From contig CAZORP010000004.1 in NCBI GenBank assembly GCA_964582615.1, forward strand, positions 1,900-65,899: a DNA stretch of 64,000 nucleotides, read 5' to 3'. Below are positions 55,550 through 64,000 of the stretch, one piece after another. Position 1 is the first letter of the stretch; every line of letters begins with the position of its first letter. Position numbers and translations under genes: made by a program. Under the pieces are notes generated by a model that made no database searches, was not told the origin of the DNA, and worked only from the letters and a program-made list of their open reading frames with translations. The DNA comes from an uncultured Gammaproteobacteria bacterium. Lineage in GTDB: Bacteria > Patescibacteriota > Patescibacteriia > UBA9934.

Positions 55550-56956
55550 ATGAACTTTCTCTCAACGTTTTCATCGGTTCACCTTGTGGGTATTGGCGGT
55601 ATTGGAGTTTCTGGCGTTGCTCGTTTTTGCAAGCTTCATGATAAACGTGTAAGCGGATCTGATATGACGCAGACAGCGCTGACTGATGCTTTGGAACGCG
55701 AGGGTATGGTGGTGCATATTGGCCCATCTCAGGCTTCGTGGCTTCCGGAAGACTGTGACCTTCTGGTGTATTCAGAGGCGGTTCCTGAATCTGCTCCTGA
55801 GCGACAAGAGGCTCTAAGAAGAGGCATTCGTCAGTTTGGACATTTTGGTTTCATGGGAGAGCTTTCCTCGGACTACACAACGGTTTGTATTTCTGGAACA
55901 AACGGCAAGTCAACGACGACGGCTATGGTTGGACAAATGGCAATTGATGCCGGTCTTTCTCCAACAGTTTTTGTTGGATCGCTTGTGCCTGGATGGGAGT
56001 ATGGAAATGTTATTGTAGGAACAAGTAATCTTCTTATTGTTGAGGGGGATGAATATAAGCGAAAAATGCTTCAGTTGAAGCCTCAGATAACATTGATCAC
56101 CAATGTTGAAGTTGATCACCTTGATGTTTACAAGGATCTTGAAGATATCGAGCACGCATTTCATAAACTTTGTGAGCAGACCACGGGGAGCATCTTTCTT
56201 CGTCGTGAAGAGATTGAGCGTGGAATTGTTTGTGGCCATGAATCTGCTGATGTTCAAACGTTTGGCGACGCACTGCAAACCGGCATTCGGACATCGTCCT
56301 CGGGCATTCAAGAGCTTATCCTTCGCGAACGCATCATCCCTTATCTTCCGATTTTTAAAAAAACCGGACGGGTTTCTTTGCGTATTCCGGGAGAGTTTAA
56401 CATGATGAATGCGCTTGGGGCGTTAGCGGTTGGCGAAGCGCTTGGCATATCGTTTGCTTCAATGCAAAAAACTCTCGAAGATTTTCCGGGAATTTGGCGA
56501 AGATTTGAGCGTGTCGGTGAGCGTGATGGTGCAATTATCTACAGTGATTACGCGCATCATCCAACGGCGATTCGCGGAACACTACAGGCCGCTCGTGAAT
56601 TTTTTCCCGACAAGCGAATTCTTGCAGTTTTTCAGCCACACCAGCACAGCAGAACTCGCGAACTCTTCAATGACTTTGTTGCGGCTTTTGATGGTGCGGA
56701 TGAGGTTATTCTTTCTGAGATCTACGGAGTAGCAGGAAGGGAACAAGATGGATCGCCGGTTTCGAGTGAGGATCTTTGTGAAGCTATGCGCCGTCGCGAA
56801 GTAGCGCGTGGTCGCGGAGTTGAGATGACTCGGGTTTGGTGCAAAACACTCGATGAGACAGAGTCTGAAGTACGTCGTCGCATGCATGCCTCCACGGTGG
56901 TACTAGTTATGGGTGCGGGAAATATTGACACCGTGGCTCGTCGTCTTGTTTTGTAA
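55550..56956 (+). CDS. murC: UDP-N-acetylmuramate--L-alanine ligase
   Basis: GIGGIGVS, GTNGKSTTT, EGDEY, DYAHHP, FQPH, MGAG. Confidence 0.96.
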   Translation: MNFLSTFSSVHLVGIGGIGVSGVARFCKLHDKRVSGSDMTQTALTDALEREGMVVHIGPSQASWLPEDCDLLVYSEAVPESAPERQEALRRGIRQFGHFGFMGELSSDYTTVCISGTNGKSTTTAMVGQMAIDAGLSPTVFVGSLVPGWEYGNVIVGTSNLLIVEGDEYKRKMLQLKPQITLITNVEVDHLDVYKDLEDIEHAFHKLCEQTTGSIFLRREEIERGIVCGHESADVQTFGDALQTGIRTSSSGIQELILRERIIPYLPIFKKTGRVSLRIPGEFNMMNALGALAVGEALGISFASMQKTLEDFPGIWRRFERVGERDGAIIYSDYAHHPTAIRGTLQAAREFFPDKRILAVFQPHQHSRTRELFNDFVAAFDGADEVILSEIYGVAGREQDGSPVSSEDLCEAMRRREVARGRGVEMTRVWCKTLDETESEVRRRMHASTVVLVMGAGNIDTVARRLVL

Positions 56957-56958
56957 GT

Positions 56959-57684
56959 ATGGCAATACTGCCCGTGGTTAAGTGCAAGGGCGAGACTCCA
57001 TACGAGACGCTTCAGAGGAATGTTCCTTCTGGAACTCTAGCAACATACATCGGGCGACTTGATCCACTCGCGGATGGCGTCATGCTCCTCGCGACAGATG
57101 AAGATCGCTACAATAAGGCTTTGTACCAACATCTTAAAAAGACGTATCGCGCTACGTTTCTTCTGGGATATGCTTCAGATACGGGGGATGTTTTGGGAAT
57201 TGCTCGTCGGGGCGCCTCTCCGGATATTACCACTTCAACAGAGACGTGCTTAATGGAGGGACTTCGAGGTCGACACCTGCTTTCTCTGCCGCGCTACGCT
57301 GGATATAAGGTACAGGGAGATCCTTTGCACGTGTGGGCAAGGAGGGGAGAGGCGTTGCCCTACGGTATTGCTCGAGTCATGGAGGTTGAAAGCGTGTTTG
57401 ATGTTGTGTACGAGCGACGTTCTCAGGCTTTGGTTTACGATGAGATTCTTTCCTCAATTTCCCTTGTGCGAGGAGATTTTCGACAACGAGAGAGTATAAA
57501 AACCTGGGAGAGCATGATGGATTACTCGTCAAACGCTGAGGACGTTGTGATGATTACATGTTCGTTACTGGTGACTTCAGGAACGTTCATTCGTGCTCTT
57601 GCAGAAGTTGTTGGTGATATTTTTTCTACTGAAGCGGTTGTTTTTTCGCTTACACGAACGCGGATGGGGGAGTTTTCTTTGTGA
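56959..57684 (+). CDS. truB: tRNA pseudouridine synthase B-like (short form)
   Basis: GRLDPLADG, SDTGD, SGTFIRAL, LTRTRMG. Confidence 0.8.
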   Translation: MAILPVVKCKGETPYETLQRNVPSGTLATYIGRLDPLADGVMLLATDEDRYNKALYQHLKKTYRATFLLGYASDTGDVLGIARRGASPDITTSTETCLMEGLRGRHLLSLPRYAGYKVQGDPLHVWARRGEALPYGIARVMEVESVFDVVYERRSQALVYDEILSSISLVRGDFRQRESIKTWESMMDYSSNAEDVVMITCSLLVTSGTFIRALAEVVGDIFSTEAVVFSLTRTRMGEFSL

Positions 57685-57744
57685 TTTGTCTTTTTCCCTG
57701 AAGTGAGGCACACTTTTCTTCGATTATCTTTATTTGGCTAAGGT

Positions 57745-60405
57745 ATGGGTTTTCTTCCTTCATGGCTTTTTGATGCACAGGCAAAGAGGATTCGCGCACT
57801 CGAAAAAGAAGTTGCGAATATCGCAGCTCAAGAGCCTGCGCTTCTTGAACTTACCGATGATGCGCTTCGTGAAAAAACAGCGGAGTTTCGCAATCGTCTT
57901 GCTGAGGGGGCTTCGCTTGCATCGATTCTTCCTGAAGCATTCGCCGTGTGTCGCGAGGCCGCTCGCAGAACGCTTGGTCAGCGTCATTACGACGTGCAGA
58001 TCATGGGAGGACTTGTTCTTCATCAGGGTGGCATTGCTGAAATGCGTACTGGTGAAGGAAAGACGCTTACGGCAACCACGGCTATTTATGCTAACGCATT
58101 GGAGGGAAAGGGCGTTCATGTTGTTACGGTAAACGATTATCTTGCCAAGCGTGATGCCGCATGGATGGGGCGTGTTTTTCATACCCTTGGTCTTTCCACG
58201 GGATGTATTCAGCATGAAGGAGGATACGTCTTTGATAAAGACTTCCGAGCACCAGAGCAAACACAAGAAGAAAAGGCTTCCGAGGCAGAAAAGAGCGGAT
58301 TTAAAGTTCACATGGATTTCTTGCGTCCGGTATCTCGCAAGGACGCTTACGCTGCGGATATTACTTACGGAACCAACAATGAGTTTGGATTTGACTATCT
58401 TCGAGATAACATGGCGCAGAAGCCAGATATGCTCGTTCAGCGTGGATTGCATTTTGCAATTGTTGACGAAGTTGACTCGATCCTTATTGACGAAGCTCGA
58501 ACGCCGCTTATCATTTCAGCTCCCGCCGAGGAATCCTCTCAGACGTATTATCGCTTTGCAGATATTGTAAAAAATCTTGTTGTAAATGAAGATTTCAACA
58601 TTGATGAAAAGCTCAAAACGGCAACGTATACCGAGCAAGGCTTGCAAAAAGTAGAGGCAGCTCTTGGTGTTGAAAATATTTACGCATCAGGATTGGCAAA
58701 TATTCATCATGCCGAGCAGGCTCTTCGTGCGCATGCACTTTTTACGAAAGATAAAGAATACGTTGTTCGAGGTACGGAGGTTGTCATTGTTGATGAATTC
58801 ACAGGAAGAATTATGGAGGGTCGTCGATATTCCGACGGCCTTCATCAGGCGATTGAAGCAAAAGAGCAGGTTCCTATTCAGCGTGAAAGTAAAACGCTTG
58901 CAACGATTACTTTCCAAAATTATTTCCGTCTTTATACAAAACTTGCCGGAATGACAGGAACTGCGGCGACTGAGGCTGAAGAATTTGCAAAGATCTATAA
59001 TCTCGAAGTATTGCAAATACCAACGCACCGAGGAAATAAGCGTACCGATGCTCCTGATCATATTTTTAAGAATGAGCAGGGAAAGTGGATGGCGCTTATT
59101 CGCGAGGTAAAGGCGCGTCACGAGAAGGGCCAACCTGTACTCATTGGAACGGTTTCCATTGAGAAAAACCAACTTCTTTCTCGGGCACTTTCTGCGGCAG
59201 GAGTTCCTCATCAAATTCTCAACGCAAAAAATCACGAAAAAGAAGCTGAGATTATCGCTCAAGCTGGAAAGAGGGGGGCTGTTACACTTGCTACAAACAT
59301 GGCGGGTCGTGGAGTTGACATTCTCCTTGGAGGAAACCCTCAGGACGCAAAAGAAGCCGAAGAAATTCGGGCATTAGGAGGGCTTTGTGTGTTTGGAACT
59401 GAACGTCATGAAAGTCGTCGCATTGATAATCAGTTGCGAGGACGTGCTGGACGTCAGGGCGATGTTGGTTACACGCAATTCTTTGTATCGCTTGATGACG
59501 ATTTGATGCGTATTTTTGGATCGGATCGCATTCAGGGAATGATGCAAACGCTTGGCATACCGGATGATGAACCCATTGTAAGTAAAATGGTGACGAGAGC
59601 TTTGGAAAAGGCTCAACAGCGTGTTGAAGGTCATCACTTTGATACACGTAAGCATGTCTTGCAATATGATGACGTGTTAAACAAGCACCGTCTTGCGATT
59701 TACGCGGAACGCCGAGCGCTCCTTTTTGACGAGCATGCACACGCTCATGAGGAGGTTCTTCGTATGATTGAAGACGAGCTTGAACGCGTTGTTCATGCGC
59801 ATACGGTAATTCCTGAAGATATTCACACTACGCAACAAGATTGGAATCCTCGCGAACTTCTTGAGGTATTTGGAACAATCATCACTCTTTCTGAGGATGA
59901 AAAGGCTCGTCTTGCCGCGCATCTTCCTGAACTTTCTCGCGATAAAGAGGTTCTTCTTCGCGCGAGAACTGCTATTATTGATGATGTACTTTCTGCGGTT
60001 CGAGAACGCTTTGCGACGTATGCTGAAAAGCTTGGGGGCAATGAAAAGATGTATCGCCTCGAGCGATCGCTTATGCTTCGTGCGAGCGATGGCGCTTGGA
60101 TGCGGCATCTTGATGACATGACCTATCTTCGCAGAACTATTGGTCTTCAAGGGTATGCACAGCGCGATCCTCTTGTTGAATATAAAAAGGAAGCATTTCG
60201 ACTCTTTGCACTTCTACGTGAAGAAAGTAAGCGTGAGGTTGTATATAACATCATGAAAATGCTTCATGAGGCTTCTGCGGCGCAGGCATTTATCGCTTCG
60301 GTTCCTGACTTTATTAAACAAGCAGGTGAGCTTTTTGGGGGAATTAACGGTACGTCTTCACAAAAGCCCCCCGAGGATTCCTCCTCCTCAACGACCAGTG
60401 CATAA
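57745..60405 (+). CDS. secA: Preprotein translocase ATPase SecA
   Basis: MRTGEGKT, DEVDSILIDEAR, TNMAGRG, QLRGRAGRQG, DPLVEYK. Confidence 0.98.
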   Translation: MGFLPSWLFDAQAKRIRALEKEVANIAAQEPALLELTDDALREKTAEFRNRLAEGASLASILPEAFAVCREAARRTLGQRHYDVQIMGGLVLHQGGIAEMRTGEGKTLTATTAIYANALEGKGVHVVTVNDYLAKRDAAWMGRVFHTLGLSTGCIQHEGGYVFDKDFRAPEQTQEEKASEAEKSGFKVHMDFLRPVSRKDAYAADITYGTNNEFGFDYLRDNMAQKPDMLVQRGLHFAIVDEVDSILIDEARTPLIISAPAEESSQTYYRFADIVKNLVVNEDFNIDEKLKTATYTEQGLQKVEAALGVENIYASGLANIHHAEQALRAHALFTKDKEYVVRGTEVVIVDEFTGRIMEGRRYSDGLHQAIEAKEQVPIQRESKTLATITFQNYFRLYTKLAGMTGTAATEAEEFAKIYNLEVLQIPTHRGNKRTDAPDHIFKNEQGKWMALIREVKARHEKGQPVLIGTVSIEKNQLLSRALSAAGVPHQILNAKNHEKEAEIIAQAGKRGAVTLATNMAGRGVDILLGGNPQDAKEAEEIRALGGLCVFGTERHESRRIDNQLRGRAGRQGDVGYTQFFVSLDDDLMRIFGSDRIQGMMQTLGIPDDEPIVSKMVTRALEKAQQRVEGHHFDTRKHVLQYDDVLNKHRLAIYAERRALLFDEHAHAHEEVLRMIEDELERVVHAHTVIPEDIHTTQQDWNPRELLEVFGTIITLSEDEKARLAAHLPELSRDKEVLLRARTAIIDDVLSAVRERFATYAEKLGGNEKMYRLERSLMLRASDGAWMRHLDDMTYLRRTIGLQGYAQRDPLVEYKKEAFRLFALLREESKREVVYNIMKMLHEASAAQAFIASVPDFIKQAGELFGGINGTSSQKPPEDSSSSTTSA

Positions 60406-60436
60406 CTTTTGAAGATTCGCTATACTCTTTCCACCT

Positions 60437-60784
60437 ATGCAATCTCTCGCCGATATCTACCAGCGCCTTGTCATGACCAAGCGTCAGCGCAAGGATCTCA
60501 TGACCTCATTTAAAGATGCACTTGCAAGCAATGCTCGTTATAAAGAAATTACCGATCAGATTGCTGAACTTCGTTTGCAGAAGAAGGCCATCGAAAACGA
60601 GGTTCTCTCTGTTGAAATCGACAAGGCTCGTCTTGAGGAACTTAAGCAAGATATTAAAACTGACACAGAAGCCTTGGCTGATATTGCGCTTACAATGTAC
60701 GTTTCCGGGGAGCCTGTGGAAATCACTGATGATACCAATACGAAATGGTCGCCAGTCTTCCGGGTTACCTTCAAGAAAGGCTAA
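60437..60784 (+). CDS. Coiled-coil hypothetical protein
   Basis: 115-aa ORF with its own TATACT -10 and a downstream terminator. Confidence 0.75.
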   Translation: MQSLADIYQRLVMTKRQRKDLMTSFKDALASNARYKEITDQIAELRLQKKAIENEVLSVEIDKARLEELKQDIKTDTEALADIALTMYVSGEPVEITDDTNTKWSPVFRVTFKKG

Positions 60785-60809
60785 TATTCGCACTTTTCCC
60801 CTCTTTTGC

Positions 60810-60838
60810 AAAAACACCCTTTCCATAAGGGTGTTTTT
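60810..60838 (+). terminator. Intrinsic terminator
   Basis: AAAAACACCCTT-tccat-AAGGGTGTTTTT. Confidence 0.8.
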
Positions 60839-60861
60839 CTGTAAGAATACTCCGCAAATCT

Positions 60862-62895
60862 ATGACTACGTACGATACACGTCGTGCTCAGCAACGATCA
60901 GCGTTGCGTTGGGCGCTGGGTGCAATCACCCTTCTTTCGCTTGGATTGTTTATTGGTGTCTTTCCGCAAGTTTACAACATGGGCGCTACTCGTCTTGAAA
61001 CTGTCGTGGGTAAGGACATACTTCCCGAGCTTTCTCCCGCGACGTATCGTTTAGGCCTCGATCTTCAAGGGGGAGTTCATGTGACGTATGACGCCGACAT
61101 GACAAGTATTCCAGAAGAAGATCGCTCCGCCGCACTTGAAGGTGCTCGTGATGTTATTGAGCGTCGCGTGAATGCTTTTGGTGTTAGCGAGCCTATCGTT
61201 CAGACGTCTTCAACAAGTGGATATCGAATCATGGTCGATCTTCCCGGTGTAACAGATGCACAAGAGGCAATTGCACAAATTGGTGAAACTCCAGTTTTGG
61301 AATTTAAGCTTCCTCGCACGGATTTTTCTCTTGAACCAACGCAAGAAGAGCAGGCGAGCATCGATGCCGCTCAAGAGTCCGAGCGTTCTGCGGCACTTGA
61401 TGTTCTTGAGCAAGCCAAGAAACGGGGGGCGGATTTTTCTGCGCTCGTAGCTCAATACTCTCTTGATGAGGCGACGAAGGCCGAAAATGGTTACCTCGGA
61501 TTTTTTGATTCTTCCGACGAAGAGTACGGTGGATTGGTTGACCGTATTGTAAAAGATCGCCTAAAGACAGGAGTTATTGATGGTCTTTATGAGGGGACTT
61601 CACGCATGCATATCGTGAAATATCTTGGCACGAAATCTGAAACCGAAGCGCATGCTTCGCATATCCTCATTTGTTATGCTGGAGCTAAGGGATGTGAAGG
61701 AACGTTGACTCGTGATGAGGCTCGTGCGAAAGCTGAAGAGCTTCAGGGAAAGGCAACGAAAGAGAACTTTGCACAGCTCGCGCTTGAAAATTCAACAGAG
61801 CCAAGCGCGAAGACGTCGAAGGGTGATCTTGGCTGGGTGAGGGAGGGCCAAATGGTTGCACCTTTTGAGGATGCGCTCTTCGCGCTTCGTAATGGTCGAA
61901 TTTCAAATGTTGTTGAAACCGATTTTGGCTTTCATATTATTTATCGACAGGAAAGTCGAAAAACCACACTTTACGAGCTTGCGCACATTGAGATGCCCTG
62001 GACAACGGCATCGGATGTCGTAAAGATTGATCCTTGGCAAAATACCGAGTTATCAGGAAAGCATATCGCTCAAGCGGCAGTTGCTTTCGATCAAACCACG
62101 GGAAAGCCTTATATTGATTTGCAGTTCAATGACGATGGGGCGAAGTTATTCGCGCAAATCACCGAAGCGAATATTGGTAAGGTTGTGGGAATATTCCTCG
62201 ATGGTCAGCCTATTACTACCCCTGTCGTGCAAGATGCTATTTACGGAGGACGCGCAAGTATTTCGGGAGATTTTACGCTCGCGGAAGCAAAGCTTCTTGC
62301 TCAGCGTCTTACCGCTGGTGCGCTTCCTGTTCCCGTGACGCTACTTTCTCAACAGACGATTGGTCCAACGCTTGGACTCATTTCTCTTGAGCAAAGTGTT
62401 CGTGCAGGACTTCTTGGCTTCGCGCTTATCGCACTCTTCATGGTGCTTTACTACCGCTTGCCAGGATTTATTGCCGCGGTTGCGCTGGTTATTTACGCAG
62501 GCATGAACCTTGCGGCATATCGTGTGTTTGGAGTGACAACAACGCTTTCTGGAATTGCTGGACTTGTTCTCTCGCTTGGAGTTGCGGTTGACGCAAACGT
62601 GCTCGTGTATGAGCGTCTCAAGGAGGAGCTTCGCGCTGGTCGTGATCTTGTTTCTGCTATTGAAGAGGCATATCGTCGTGCATGGCCATCCATTCGTGAC
62701 GGAAACTTTACAACGCTTATTGCAACGGGTGTGTTATATGCAATGAGCACCGGATTCATTCGTGGATTTGCACTTACACTGACGCTCGGAATTCTATTCT
62801 CCATGTTTACAGCTCTTTGGATTACGCGCATGATGCTCCTTTCACTTGCTCGCTTCTCGTTCCTTCGCAAGAAAATCTTCTTCCTTGGCTTGTAA
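60862..62895 (+). CDS. secD: SecD with inserted parvulin (rotamase) PPIase domains
   Basis: LGLDLQGG, RRVNAFGVSEP, AGALP, GVAVDANV; inserted ASHILI..FAQLA..S..KGDLGW..MVAPFE..VETDFGFHII. Confidence 0.93.
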   Translation: MTTYDTRRAQQRSALRWALGAITLLSLGLFIGVFPQVYNMGATRLETVVGKDILPELSPATYRLGLDLQGGVHVTYDADMTSIPEEDRSAALEGARDVIERRVNAFGVSEPIVQTSSTSGYRIMVDLPGVTDAQEAIAQIGETPVLEFKLPRTDFSLEPTQEEQASIDAAQESERSAALDVLEQAKKRGADFSALVAQYSLDEATKAENGYLGFFDSSDEEYGGLVDRIVKDRLKTGVIDGLYEGTSRMHIVKYLGTKSETEAHASHILICYAGAKGCEGTLTRDEARAKAEELQGKATKENFAQLALENSTEPSAKTSKGDLGWVREGQMVAPFEDALFALRNGRISNVVETDFGFHIIYRQESRKTTLYELAHIEMPWTTASDVVKIDPWQNTELSGKHIAQAAVAFDQTTGKPYIDLQFNDDGAKLFAQITEANIGKVVGIFLDGQPITTPVVQDAIYGGRASISGDFTLAEAKLLAQRLTAGALPVPVTLLSQQTIGPTLGLISLEQSVRAGLLGFALIALFMVLYYRLPGFIAAVALVIYAGMNLAAYRVFGVTTTLSGIAGLVLSLGVAVDANVLVYERLKEELRAGRDLVSAIEEAYRRAWPSIRDGNFTTLIATGVLYAMSTGFIRGFALTLTLGILFSMFTALWITRMMLLSLARFSFLRKKIFFLGL

Positions 62896-62901
62896 AAATC
62901 T

Positions 62902-63801
62902 ATGACTTCTTTTCATCTCATGCGCTTTCGCTCTCTTTGGATCGCGCTTTCTCTCACGAGCATCGTTCTTTCCTGTGTATCTCTTGGAGTATTTGGTCTT
63001 GAGTACGGAGTAGATTTTACTGGAGGAACTCGAAGCGAGCTTCAGACCACGCTTTCTTCGGATGAGATTCGTGAAACAGTTTCGAGTCTTGGATACGATG
63101 ATGTTGTTGTGCAAAATGGTGAGGGCGATCAGCGATTTGTTCGCATGGGTCTTCTTCGTGAGGATGAGCATCAAAAGGTGCTTACCGCCCTTAAGAATCG
63201 TGGTGATGTGTATGAGGTGAGTTACAGTGCAGTTGGACCTTCTGTTGGCGCTGAATTGCGTTCATCAGCAATTGCCGCAGTTGCCATACTTCTTGTGCTT
63301 ATTGCGGTCTATGTTGCGTGGGCGTTCCGTAATGTTGCTGGTGAGGTTTCTTCTTGGAAATTTGGCGTCGTTACGCTTGTTACAGCCTTTCACGACATTA
63401 TTATTCCTCTTGGAGTATTTGCTGTTCTTGGTCGCGTGCTTGGCTATGCCGTCGATACGGCGTTTGTTGCGGCCATTCTTACGATTCTTGGATATTCAAT
63501 CAATGACACGATCGTCGTATTTGATCGCACGCGTGAGCGCCTTCAGCGCGTAAGAAGCTCCGAGCCTTTTGAAGATGTTGTAAATAAGAGTGTCATGGAA
63601 ACGCTCGGTCGATCTATTAACACCACGCTTGCAGTATTGCTTCCGCTATTTGCGATTTTCTTCATAGGGGGAACTTCTACACGTCCTTTTGTTCTCGCGC
63701 TTATCATTGGTGTTGCCGCAGGTGCTTTTTCCTCGATCTTCTTCGCAAGTCCGCTTATCGTTGCGTGGCAGGCATGGTCAGACTCTCGAAGAAAGGCGTA
63801 A
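62902..63801 (+). CDS. secF: Protein translocase subunit SecF
   Basis: GVDFTGG, VGPSVG, GYSINDTIVVFDR. Confidence 0.96.
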   Translation: MTSFHLMRFRSLWIALSLTSIVLSCVSLGVFGLEYGVDFTGGTRSELQTTLSSDEIRETVSSLGYDDVVVQNGEGDQRFVRMGLLREDEHQKVLTALKNRGDVYEVSYSAVGPSVGAELRSSAIAAVAILLVLIAVYVAWAFRNVAGEVSSWKFGVVTLVTAFHDIIIPLGVFAVLGRVLGYAVDTAFVAAILTILGYSINDTIVVFDRTRERLQRVRSSEPFEDVVNKSVMETLGRSINTTLAVLLPLFAIFFIGGTSTRPFVLALIIGVAAGAFSSIFFASPLIVAWQAWSDSRRKA

Positions 63802-64000
63802 GCTTTTTCGCACAGTGCGCACTCGTGTAACGTGGTATGCTATAGAGAGTATATGCTTGGCATTATCATCACCCTTCCCCCGATTCTTGAGCGCGTACTT
63901 TTTGGCATGCCGCCAGATGTTCTCGCGGCATACATTCTTCTCTTTATTGCGCCAATCCCCATTTTGTGTGTTATCACGTGGGGATTTTCGCATTTGTGGC

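Noticed and set aside
63853-64000. Possible gene start at the right edge
   Set aside because: Only ~49 codons are visible, with no recognisable motif.

Overview
This window looks like a Patescibacteria/CPR chromosome segment (Parcubacteria/ABY1-like, genetic code 11; the lineage is inferred from gene content and very short, SD-less leaders). Housekeeping genes fill ~1-11.8 kb (murI, a two-component pair, a nitroreductase, a CsoR-copA copper operon) and ~30.3-64 kb (htrA, HU, rpmB, tgt, a membrane Clp ATPase, rplU, recR, dnaB, folD, glyA, murB, murC, secA, secD, secF). An ~18 kb accessory island (~11.8-30.1 kb) hangs off the 3' end of a minus-strand tRNA-Trp(CCA) at 30128-30201. The tRNA 3' end recurs three more times inside the island (15945, 16563, 17668), each time next to a terminator or a hairpin+terminator module. 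This divides the island into stacked units: a 12.5 kb unit with a large serine recombinase, two single-gene units of ~1.1 kb and ~0.6 kb with no recombinase, and a distal block of detoxification-type genes. The large unit also carries a His-leader-peptide attenuator upstream of a hisS-SLOG-PRTase operon, a putative HEPN protein, a nonsense-interrupted KAP NTPase, two DNA methylases, a terminase-small-like gene without terL, and two unexplained structured RNAs. All calls come from reading the sequence and motifs by eye; no searches were run.
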